Part shown: positions 53,153 through 64,000 of the stretch, piece by piece
Layout of the letters: every line of letters starts with the position of its first letter
Position numbering within the stretch: the stretch's first letter is position 1
Assembly: GCA_951406725.2 (NCBI GenBank)
Contig: OX597827.1
Span: 80,600,001-80,664,000 of the forward strand
Reading direction: 5' to 3'
Length of the DNA: 64,000 nt
Source of the DNA: Octopus vulgaris
Taxonomy: Eukaryota
Position numbers and translations under genes: made by a program
The notes under the pieces: generated by a model
The model's input: the letters and a program-made list of their open reading frames with translations, nothing else
Told to the model about the DNA's origin: nothing
Database searches by the model: none

Positions 53153-53851
53153 TGTGTTGAGGTGAAGCTGTCCAGGTTTGTTTCAGACTGACCCTAAAAC
53201 AAATATATTTACTTGGTTAATTATAATCAAAAACATGTCACAGTTTAAGTATACGATAATTAGTAAAGTATTAGAAATGCATTACTATCATTTTGCAACT
53301 GTACTTCTATAGAATAAAAGCCCAATCCAATGATTTAAGTTTCAATGTTTTTACACATTTGAAGACAATAATAATAGCCATGTTGTCCAAGAAATAGTAT
53401 TGGAGTCAAGACTGGGATTAAATAACTTAATTATAGAAATTTTACTTAAGGGAATTCAGTTGGTGAGTTTGAATGTGAAACCCTGCAATTGGATCTAACT
53501 GAAATTGCTTGGGCTATCTGGTTCTAGATGGAACACTTTCAAGCGACATAAAGCCATCCAGGTCCAGTTACAACTCAAAAGCTCCACCAGAATCCTTCAA
53601 CTAAGGACTGAACTGACCACTAAGGTGGAAACAAAGTGATTAGAAAACTGGAAAACTGTTTCCTCATTGTTTGTTGTAATTGTTCCCCTGCGTAGGATCA
53701 CACTTTAGTTTAACCCTTCAAATATGGTTGAGCAGAAGCAGCAGCACTGCTTAAGAATCTGCTCAAGTGCCATTGGCAGATACAGCAAATCTTAACCTAT
53801 TAGAGAAGAGCAGCCATTACGAAGTTTCAACAACAAAAAAACTGCAACAAT

Positions 53852-54131
53852 TCATCATCATCATCATCATCATCATCGTTTAACGTCTGCTTTCCATGCT
53901 AGCATGGGTTGGACGATTCGACTGGGGTCTGGGAAGCCAGGAGGCTGCACCAGGCCCAGTCTGATCTGGAAGTGTTTCTACAGCTGGATGCCTTTCCTAA
54001 CGCCAACCACTCCATGAGTGTATTGGGTGCTTTTTACGTGCCAGGCAAAGTTGGCAACGGCCACGATCGGTTGGTGTTTTTTACGTGCCACTGGCACAGA
54101 GGCCAGTCAGGGCGGCGCTGGCAACGGCCAC
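53852..54131 (-). mobile_element. (GAT)n-tailed RTE-related repeat
   Basis: Family core sequence. Confidence 0.8.
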
Positions 54132-54649
54132 AAAAAATTTACGCTGTTGCTCTCCATAACAGGAAAAGTTTTCTACATTCTGTTATTAAGCAGGACTTGG
54201 CAGGCCATTGCCACAACACTAAAAGAAGATCAAACAGGATTTCATTCCAGGTGCTCTTGCACTGAGCAAATTTTGTCTAAATTCAATGTCTGATTTTGTA
54301 GAAGGAGCTCATAAAGCACAATATCCTTCCATCCCAACCAATACAGAGCATCACCTTGTTTGGATGCTGACTGATTTTTAGAGTGATTAATGGCAGTTCA
54401 TTTTGCTTTCTCCGAGACCATTTTCACTCTACATCATTGTAAACAATTCATTTCTCATCACTTGCGGTTGTTCTTTCCAAACTGGGTCATTTTTGTTGTA
54501 TTTGAGCAGAGAATCAGAGATGGAAATAGGGTCCATTATACTTTTTTCTGTTAAATTATGAGGCATCCAAACAGCATGGTGATTCATGCATCCAAAAGGT
54601 TTTTAAATGCCTTATAACATTCACATGAGATACCTGAAATATTTTTGCA

Positions 54650-54990
54650 ACCGCTGCCAGCGCCGCCCCGACCGGTCTCGTGCCGGTGGCACGTAAAAAG
54701 CACCATCCGTTCGTGTCCATTGCCAGCCTCGCCTGGCCCCCGTGCCGGTGGCACATAAAAAACACCATCCGTTCGTGGCCGTTTGCCAGCTCTGTCTGGC
54801 ACCTGTGCCGGTGACACGTAAAAAGCACCCACTACACTCACGGAGTGGTTGGCGTTAGGAAGAGCATCCAGCCGTAGAAACACTGCCAGATCTGACTGGG
54901 CCTGATGAAGCCTTCTGGCTTAACAGACCCCAGTAGAACCGTCCAACCTATGCTAGCATGGAGAACGGACATTAAACGATGATGATGATG
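54650..54990 (+). mobile_element. (GAT)n-tailed RTE-related repeat with internal ~50-bp tandem units
   Basis: Family core; repeated GTGCCGGTGGCACGTAAAAAGCACC. Confidence 0.8.
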
Positions 54991-55324
54991 TGGATTATTT
55001 TTGATTAGCATTTCAATCTGAGCATCATCAATGACTGTAGGCCTCCAGAATATTCCTGGGGCTTCCAGATCAAGCTTTTCATTTCTAAAGCTAGCAAACT
55101 ATTCACAAATAGTCCTTGCAGCCATGACACCATTTCCATCAGCAATATATATCCTTTTTGCTTTTGTACTACGTATTTTTCCTTCCCATAAATAAAAGAA
55201 CATCAAATCACAAAAATGTATCTCATTCTCCTTGATTTTTAATTTTAATCTAAAAACACTAAAATAAACTACCTACAAAGTAATCATATAGAAAGACATT
55301 GAAAAGTCACCTTTCAGAAAATAT

Positions 55325-55358
<34 letters not shown>

Positions 55359-56573
55359 ATATATATATTATTCAAAGAAATTCCAATTCTGTCTGTTTTT
55401 TATGTTTTATTTATATTCTTTATAATATTAATGTAGAATACAGAATATATAGTATAACTAATATATATATAGTAAAATGAAATGAAGTATTGATTGTCTT
55501 ATTGAATAGATGAAATACTGAATATAAAATATTAAGGGACTAGTACACTTTCTTGCATTAAAGCAGTCTTCAAGCCCCCAGGTTGCGACAGGAGTGTTTC
55601 ATATATATATATATGCTTGTCATTTGAAAAATGAAATATATTTCAAAAGTACCAACTGAAAAACAGTACATATTTTTGTATACACCCAATAAGAAACGTT
55701 TATTGAGATGACGATGATGAATTTAAAATTAAAACTGTAAATCACATTCATATTTAACATATAAGCCACCTTCACTTTCTCTGAAATATTAACTTTAATG
55801 TTATTATAACTACAACCAAAATTCTTTACTAGATTCAGAAAAATATTGTAAAATATAAAAGAAAAGTTAAACTGAATTCATACAACTAGATAAATTATAA
55901 AAATACCTGAGTAAAGAAAATATTTTACTGAAGAAATTACAATCTCCAATGACATACTTATAAATATATTTTAGAAAGAAAAACCTACACAAAATAAACT
56001 GTATTCGCTCCTCTACAAACAAAAACCTGTTTCTTCTCTTATTTTATTGTCTTTCACAATATGCTATTGCTTCTGTTTCCTTCAGCTGTGAATGCTATTT
56101 TCTCCTCCATTATAAAATACCAAAAGCTCTAACCCTTTATCACTGCTCACAATTTACACACTTCAACCGGATTGGAACACGTTGAAGCAAGAGACATTCA
56201 TATTTTTTAGCAGCCATCTTGACATGTCCATCCTGCTCCTTCTAGTATTCACACAGATCATTACAGATTCTTTACATGAAACAATAAACACGTAATAAAG
56301 GCTCTTCTCTATAGCAACTGATCAATATATGTAACAAATGTAATACAGAAACAGATATTATTGCTGCAAGTGAATACAGAATAAGTATTAAACATCGTCT
56401 ACTTATTTGTGGTATAAACAATTATGGGCAGCATTAGGGAAAACTAACCGAATTATTATTCAAAGTCTTTGTTCTTTTTTGTTGATATTAAAGATGTGAG
56501 AACAATATCTAACAAATCCAATGAGATTTATAACATAAAATAAGATTATAAAAAGATTCAAATAGAAACTTAC

Positions 56574-56812
56574 CTTTTTAATAATTATATCATTGGTTAT
56601 TCAGTGAGAAAGAGAAAGATGTATTGTTGTAGAAAGATCCATTGTAAGTGCTGCTGTAATGGTGTGACAATGGCTGTTATGGTGATGGAGTAGTGTAGCA
56701 CGTCAGGCAGAGAGTCTGCTGCTAGGAGAGGGTTGCATGTGTCACTGAAGTTGTATGTTTTGTGGGAGTACGTCCACCTGATAATATCCTGTATGTATTT
56801 AGCCTCAAAGAT
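56574..56812 (-). other. Non-coding leader exon of G5
   Basis: Conserved block; donor GTAAGT 56568-56573. Confidence 0.75.
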
Positions 56813-56948
56813 GATGTTTACTATTTTCAGACATACATATAAATGCCAATAAGTATAATATTTTATAATTGAACTGTTTGATTGAATAATGTTAGGAATG
56901 TAAATGCTAATCTTTGTCAGTGATTTCTTTCTATGGTTTAGTGAGAAT

Positions 56949-56981
56949 CTGATTGGTTGAATGACTTACCAGACGACCAAT
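56949..56981 (-). promoter_or_regulatory. CCAAT-box pair, putative G5 promoter
   Basis: CTGATTGGTT...ACCAAT. Confidence 0.65.
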
Positions 56982-57307
56982 GAAGATACTCTGTTTAATA
57001 TTTATTCCCCCACAGGAGAAATATGCTTGTCTTAAAGGAAGAAAGTGAGATTGTGTGACTTTCATTCTTTCTCATGATAATTACTGGTATTAACAATTAT
57101 GTTCATGCTGAATTATATGACATCTAAACTTCATGAGATAAAATGCTCAATTCATTTTATATTTATCTATTTTTCAATAAGAATATTTCTGTATCACCAG
57201 AATGAACTGAGAAAGTAATTTTTCTGTAATTTAGTTTATGTTAAAATTAAACAAGAAAATGAGAATATAATTACCGATAACTGTAAAGAAAATACATAAT
57301 GTTATAT

Positions 57308-57536
57308 TTAACCCTTTAGCATTTATACTGGCCATATCCGGCCAAAAGTATTCTGCCTGTTTTATGTTCAAAATGGCCAGATCTGGTCTCTCACACCAAC
57401 CCTACAATGTCGTTTTAAAAATTAACAGCTACCTCATCAAAATCTCATAGCTACAAGATAATGCCTGATTAGTTCAAAACAATGTGGATAAAAACGGATT
57501 AATTTTGGCAGAATAATGCGAACACTAAAGGATTAA
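57308..57536. mobile_element. piggyBac-type MITE
   Basis: TTAA CCCTTTAG ... CTAAAGGA TTAA (short TIR, TTAA duplication). Confidence 0.65.
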
Positions 57537-58007
57537 GTACATTTACACGGTAATGCCAGTAAGATTCCTAATATAGTTGTGAGGTCACCTTTTGGAAAAG
57601 AGACAAACATCCTCAACACCTGTATTTAACAGGTAATTATATTATAAACCTCAGTGGATGAAGGGAAAAGTTCTACCTCAGTGAGTGTTGAACACACAAC
57701 ATAAAGAAATGGAAGTAAACCAGCCCTAAAATATGTCTGCTGTTCGTTTATTCCTGTCAATTATATTGTACCATTAAGAGAAAATAGGCGTAGCATTTAA
57801 AATAATGTTTTCAGAATGAGTGGATGTTGTATATTTCTAGCTCCTCAGAGAAAATAAACACATTTAAAGAAAGAAACTTATATCAACTAAAATGAAAACG
57901 CTTCTCATTTACATAAATTCATTTTTTCTTAGTACTGTTCACTTATTGACATCTGTGTCTTTATACACACAGACACGCACACAGCAACACACTGTTGTAT
58001 ATATGTA

Positions 58008-58039
<32 letters not shown>

Positions 58040-58158
58040 CATACACACACACACACACATATATATAAGAGATAGTACGGCACATGTTAACATTGTTTGG
58101 GATATCAACATCTCATATTTAGATGAAGAACTGCGATTATGTCTTCTTAGAAACATAA

Positions 58159-58235
58159 TTATACATGCTTCACTGGTGTTTCTTCCGTGGATTCCTTTCT
58201 TGTAGAAGTGTCATTGTTTTTATAAATACTTTGAT
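58159..58235 (-). CDS. Pcdh: G6 terminal coding exon (DQSIYKNNDTSTRKESTEETPVKHV*)
   Basis: TTCCAG acceptor, 77 nt, several synonymous changes relative to paralogs. Confidence 0.82.
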
Positions 58236-58398
58236 CTGGAAAAGAAATACAACATGTATTACAAACGGACGTTCTTGGATATTTATAAAAGACAATAATA
58301 GGAAACGAGTAACAGAAACAAGATAAAATGATAATGTAGATAAATTCTAATACTTGTTATGGAAAAACAGAAAATATTTTAGGAATCCGGTATGTAAA

Positions 58399-59130
58399 TC
58401 ATCATCATGATCGTTTAACGTCCATTTTCCATGCTAGCATGTGTTGGACGGTTCAACCGGGATCTGGGAAGCCAGGTAGCTGCACCAGGCTCCAGTCTGA
58501 TCTAGCAGTGTTTCTACAGCAGGATGCCCTTCCTAATGCCAACCATGCCGTGAGTGTAGTGGGTGCTTATTACGTGCCACCGACACAGGTGGCAGGCGAG
58601 GCGGCGCTGGCAACGGCCACATTTGGATGAATCTTTTTACATGCCACCGGCACTGGTATCACAACTACAATTTCCATCGATTTTGATTTCGCTTGCCTCA
58701 ACAGGTCTTCGCAAGCAGAGTTTTGTGTCCCAAGGAGGAAAGGTATGCATAAGTGGACTGGCTACATCCCAGGAAGAGGCCACAGGTTATGGGCTCACCT
58801 GTCCTGCCGGGTCTTCTCACGCACAGCATATTTCCAAAGGTCTCAGTCACTAGTCATTGCCTCGGTGAAACCAAATGTTCAAAGGTTGTGCTTCATGACC
58901 TCGTCCCAGGTCTTCCTCTTCTGCAGGTTCCCTCAACCGCTAGGGTGTGGCACTTATTCACACACCTATCTTCATCCATTCTCGCTACATGACCATACCA
59001 GTGCAATTGTCTCTCTTGTACACCACAACTGATGCTTCTTAGGTCCAACTTTTCTCTCGAGGTACTTACACTCTGTCGATTATGAACACTGACATTACAC
59101 ATCCATCAGAGCATACTGGCTTCATTTCTT
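58399..59130 (-). mobile_element. 5'-truncated RTE-clade LINE (ORF end + 3' region + GAT tail)
   Basis: ERQLHWYGHVARMDEDR...EGTCRRGRP continues directly into the abundant GAT-tailed repeat. Confidence 0.8.
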
Positions 59131-59234
59131 GCGAGCAGAAATGAAATAATTTATTATTAGAAACAATTATAAATCTGTTAACAGTGTTATGAACAATTTT
59201 CAGATGATTTCAAGATAAAATATAACTAATGTAC

Positions 59235-59388
59235 CTGATACTCCTGGTATTTCTTCATAATGTTTCAAGTCTCCTTGTCTACCACTTCTCTTGGATGACA
59301 TTGTATCTGATGTATAGTTACAAACCATAGTAGCATTATCTTCCACAGCATCATCACTTGATGTCACCACAACAGGTTGACAGTATTT
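59235..59388 (-). CDS. Pcdh: G6 cytoplasmic exon
   Basis: 154 nt, G|GTACAT donor. Confidence 0.87.
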
Positions 59389-59559
59389 CTGTTGACAAAC
59401 AAACGATAAAGAAATGTGAGAAGACACCAAACAATGGAAGTTACAATCAACATGGAAAGAGAACAATTTAATATTGGAATGTATTATTGAAGCTAAAACA
59501 TATTCAAAGAGATTTCATTGTTCACTTTTACAGAGAGAAAATGTAATGTTTTCACTTAC

Positions 59560-61935
59560 TGGGGTAGGTTTTGGTAAAGTTCTCGACTGAACCGAAGATT
59601 CATATTTGTTCTGTAGCTGACCTTCTGCATAACATTCACTCTTGGATCTCTCAGAATAGATATTCCGCTTCACCATCTCTTCTGCATTCCTCGACATAGC
59701 AACAGAAGTGTTAGTCTGGTACAACAATTGTTTCATCTCTGCTCTACCTTGGTAGGCTGTATTCTTTGTGGCAGCAGCTGTGTTATCTCTGTGTTTAATA
59801 CATTTCATAATACACAGCGTTATAGAAACAACAATCGCCACTGATATTATTACTGCTGATGATACAATGATAATAACCCATGTCATATGGACCCGACCTG
59901 AAGATTGTAAAGGTCCACTCTTCGACATTGGTGATGTCTCGTTACTAACAGCCAACACCAAAGTGACACTAGTTGTTGACGACTGAACTGGACTACCACT
60001 GTCCTTCACAACAAACACCAGCTCATAACTTCCAGCATCATTGAGATAAACTTGTCTGGAGAAGGATAAAGCACCACTGTGTGAGTTCATACTAAACAAC
60101 TGTTTATCATTTCCTTGTATGATTGCATATCTGAGGAAAGCATTGTTTCCACTGTCCCCATCAGAGGCTCTCAAAACTGTGATGTCACTCTTACTCTGCG
60201 GATGGTACTGCACATTTAGCGTGTAAGGGTCACTACTAGGATATGTAAAATACGGAGCATTGTCATTTTGATCTAGAATCTCAACAACAACATTCGCTGT
60301 GTCATTCAGAGATGGGCTTCCATTGTCTTTGACAAAAACCTCAAACTTATACACATCTTGTTTCTCTCTGTCCAATGACATGGTCGCTGAAATGAAGCCA
60401 TAACTGGTGATGAGAAATGGGAGATTGGATTTTTCTTTACGCAGCAGAGAATATGTGAGTTGTCCAGCAGATCCAAGATCAGGGTCAGTGGCATTGACAA
60501 AACCAATAGGGAAGTCTTTATCTTTGTTTTCGTAGGTGAGGAATTGGAATGTATCTTTGGTAAACTGTGGTTGTACATCGTTGATGTCAGTCACTTGGAT
60601 AGAGAGGCTTTTAACACTTTTAAGAGGAGGTAATCCTTTATCTTGACAGGAGACAGGAATGTTATAGTGTCCTTGTGTTTCTCTGTCCACTGGTTTGTTT
60701 AGAATGATTTTATATTCCTTGGATCCCATTGACTGTAGTTTGAATGTATCATGTTTGATATCACAGCTGACCTCTCCATTTTGTCCCACATCATTGTCAG
60801 TGACCATCACATAAGCAATGAAACTACCAACTTTGATGTTTTCAGAGATGGTAGCTGTGTTGTCATTGATTGCAGAAACATAATCAATATCAATAGATGG
60901 AGGATTGTTGTGTTGGTTGATAACATTTACTAAAACAGTTGCTATAGAAATGAGAGGAGGGCTGCCCCCATCTCTAGCCGCAACAAATAGTTCATATGCT
61001 TTCTTTTTTCCCAGACTTGAATATTCCCTTAATAAAATGCTTCCACTGGTTTCATTTAATTGAAAATAACTTTTTGCTATATCTGATGTCTTTGGACTGA
61101 AATGGAAAGTAATTTTACCATTTTCACCAGAATCAGCATCAGTCACAGATAAAACAATGATGGGTTTAGATTTGTGATGCGTACTTTGTATGGATATATT
61201 ATATAAAGGTTTAGAAAACTCTGGTGGGTTGTCATTCACATCTATTATAGAAATATTTATGTTTAAAATACCTTGTTTTGCTGGTGACCCTCCATCTTTA
61301 GCTATGACTTGTAATAAATATGTATCTTTGATTTCTCTGTCTAATGATTCTTTTAAAACTATTTTAAGAGAAGAAATACCATCAGCTCTTTTAGACACTG
61401 ACAGAGAGAATGGTTCTCCATTCTTTGATTTTAATTTATATTGTATTAATGAGTTTTGAAATCCAACATCTTTATCTATGGCATTTGGTAGTGATACTTT
61501 AGAACCTTTACTATCATTTTCATCAAACTGTATGTTAACATTCTTTATAGGAAACTCAGGGTGATGGTCATTAATATCTTCTATTACTATTTTGATTTTT
61601 AATATTTTTGAAACACTGGTTCCTTTATTGACAACAACTTTCATAGTTCTGGAACATTCTTTGTTGAATGTGCAGAGATCTTCTGCATCCAGTGTCTGAG
61701 CAGTGTACAGTTTACCTGTTTTGGTGATGTTAAATAACTGTGCCACCTTTCGTTTGAATTGACTGAATGTTATCAAATGTTGGTCAGATGGTTTAACATT
61801 GTCTAAAAGTTTAGAATCGGCAGCAATGTCTGCTACATATGTTCCTGGACTTCTCTCTTCTTCCACATGGTAGGTAAGGTCTATGGTCAGGACACACTGG
61901 ACCAGTGACAATACAACAGACAATGACAGTAACAT
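59560..61935 (-). CDS. Pcdh: Protocadherin G6 main exon, intact (792 codons)
   Basis: Uninterrupted cadherin ORF; probable acceptor at 61991; leader exon presumably beyond the window. Confidence 0.95.
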
Positions 61936-62164
61936 GTTGTAGTTGAGTGTTGGTACTGGTTAAAAATGTCTCAGGATACTGAACATAAAATCTAAAACAG
62001 AAACAAAAGTCCATCATTTAACAAGAGTTCAATGTAGTGTAACAGAAAATTATTTATTAGGCATCATTTCACAACCTTGTTCACATAAATCTAAAGTAAA
62101 TGTTAATCAATGATTCTTGTGAAAAAGAATTTCTTCCATGCAAGACTTCCAAGAATGGCAAGGC

Positions 62165-62438
62165 ACCCATTCGAGCATGATCATTACTAGCGTCACGTTA
62201 CTGGCACGTGAATAAACATTTGAGCGAGGTCGTTGCCAGTACCACCTAACTGGCCCAGTGCTGGAGGCACGTAAAAAGCACCCACTACACTCTCTGAGTG
62301 GTTGGCATTAGGAAGGGCATCAGGCTGTAAAAACTGCCAGATCCAGATTGGAGCCTGGTGCAGCCATCTGGTTTGCCAGTCCTAAGTCAAATCGTCCAAC
62401 CCATGCTAGCATGGAAAGCAGACGTTAGATGATGATGA
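62165..62438 (+). mobile_element. (GAT)n-tailed RTE-related repeat
   Basis: Family core and tail. Confidence 0.75.
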
Positions 62439-62647
62439 TATATATATATATACACACACACACATATATATATATATACATATATATACACATATATAAA
62501 TATATACATACATACATACATATATATATACATACATACATATATACACATACATACATACATACATATATACATACATACATACATACATATATACACA
62601 TACATACATATATATATATACATACATACATACATTATATATATATA
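62439..62647. repeat. (TA)/(TACA) compound microsatellite
   Basis: Direct inspection. Confidence 0.95.
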
Positions 62648-62880
62648 TCATCATCATCATCGTTTAACGTCCATTTTCCATGCTAGTATGGGTTGGACGG
62701 TTCAACTGGGGTCTGGGAAGCCAGAAGGCTGCGCCAGGCCCAGTCTGATCTGGCAGTATTTCTACAGCTGGATGCCCTTCCTAACACCAACCACTCTGTG
62801 AGTGTAGTGGGTGCGTTCTACGTGCCACCTGCACAGGTGCCAAACGAGGCTGGCAAATGGCCACGATTGGATGGTGCTTC
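62648..62880 (-). mobile_element. (GAT)n-tailed RTE-related repeat
   Basis: Family core and tail. Confidence 0.8.
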
Positions 62881-63051
62881 AGATGTGTATATATACACAT
62901 ATTATTACTTAATTGCCCACAAGGGGCTTAACATAGAGGGGACAAACAAAGACAGACAAAGGGATTAAGTCGATTACATCGACCTCAGTGCGTAACTGGT
63001 ACTTAACATGTACATATAGACAGACGGACAGGCAGGCAGATACATAAATAA

Positions 63052-64000
63052 CTTTCTTTATTGGCCATGTAGAGCTTTTCTTTTTGAAAATGAAAAAGAA
63101 GGAAAAAAAAAGAGAAAAAAGTAAAATTCTGATCAAAATGGGTCGGTGAAAAAAAAGGCAATCAAAAGGGATCGTGTATCACAGAAGAAATTTCTTAAAT
63201 GTAAGAAGCAAGATTAGGTTTATCAGTGGAAAGAAAAGGCTACGGAAAAGACCATGGTAACCTCAGGCAAAGAGGGAATAAACATGTGAGAACGAAGTGC
63301 TCTCTCTCTCTTTTTTCGATTTACAAGATCATGCTCAAAGTGGTTTCGCACCATCTTTGCTACATTCACCTACCATCTTTTGAAACTTTCACAAGAAAAA
63401 ACCTGCCTCTCTATTCTCACCTTCCTTTTCAAGTGGTACTTGAAAAAGTTGATGAGCGATTGGCCAGAGAGGCAAGTGTTTGTCTCTAATCCTTTCGCTC
63501 GAGTCCACCGCACACATTCTCTCACCATGGCCGCCAGTACGATGAAGACTGCCTTGCCTTCCCGGTTGAGTGAAGGTGGTGGAGCAATTGTCACAACAAA
63601 CTCAGCCAACAGGCGGACTCGTCCCACATGAGAGAGCAGCAGTTTGGCTTAAGCCACAGGTCCAAAATAGTTGGACATTGCATGAGTGCATGCAGAATGG
63701 TTTTGTCACTCTGACTGCATCTTGGGAAAGTCGGTCCAGTGTGTCTCGAACCATGCCTGTAGAACTTATCCTGAACAGGTAATGCATCTCAAAAGCACTG
63801 ACAGACCGGGGATCTTAGGTGATTATCCATACGTCCTGGCCTGAAAGTTGTCCTGAACAGGCAGGTCAGGTGTTCCTCGTCGACGCCCAGATTCTGCCCG
63901 AGAATGTCGTCGCAACTCCCCTCCACTAATCCTCTATAGAACGCCTTTGTTGTAATCTGATGCCTTAAAGGTTAGGGAGAATGGAAGTGAGGAATGCAAC
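63052..64000 (-). mobile_element. Tx1/L1-clade LINE 3' portion (runs off the window)
   Basis: ALPVQDKFYRHG..PRCSQSDKTILHALMQC (degenerate zf-RVT), ...KVRIERQVF..SFKRW, AATAAAGAAA 3' end as at 30861. Confidence 0.8.

Noticed and set aside
54660-54830. CRISPR-like spaced repeats
   Set aside because: Spacers resemble one another; these are internal tandem units of a retroelement in eukaryotic DNA.
62387-62686. Low-complexity YI/CV ORFs here and at other (TA)n/(TG)n tracts
   Set aside because: Microsatellite translations.

Overview
This is AT-rich animal genomic DNA. The protocadherin type and repeat content suggest a coleoid cephalopod, probably Octopus (inference). The window holds part of a head-to-tail protocadherin cluster on the minus strand: six genes (G1-G6; ATGs at 6417, 15800, 27535, 41911, 53152, 61935) plus the promoter/leader of a seventh gene off the left edge. 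Reading splice signals by hand gives each unit four exons. First is a ~240-nt non-coding leader exon behind CCAAT boxes, then a 3-9 kb TE-rich intron. Next is a ~2.4 kb exon (signal peptide, 6 EC repeats, TM, proximal tail), then a ~170-nt intron and a 154-nt exon. Last is a 74-77-nt terminal coding exon ending EETPVKHV*, which the ORF track misses. The intact protein is about 868 aa. G4-G6 are intact; G1-G3 carry small frameshifts that could be assembly errors or recent pseudogenisation. The main signal is the pattern of identity between paralogs. The leader exon, most of EC1, and the stretch from EC4 through a whole intron to exon 3 are nearly identical even at silent sites. EC2-EC3 are divergent and patchwork. 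This parallels the specificity architecture of vertebrate clustered protocadherins, but the constant part appears to be kept by gene conversion rather than by shared exons. Introns contain Tx1/L1 and RTE LINE pieces, several SINE families (one with a Penelope-type minimal hammerhead motif), Helitron-like elements and MITEs.
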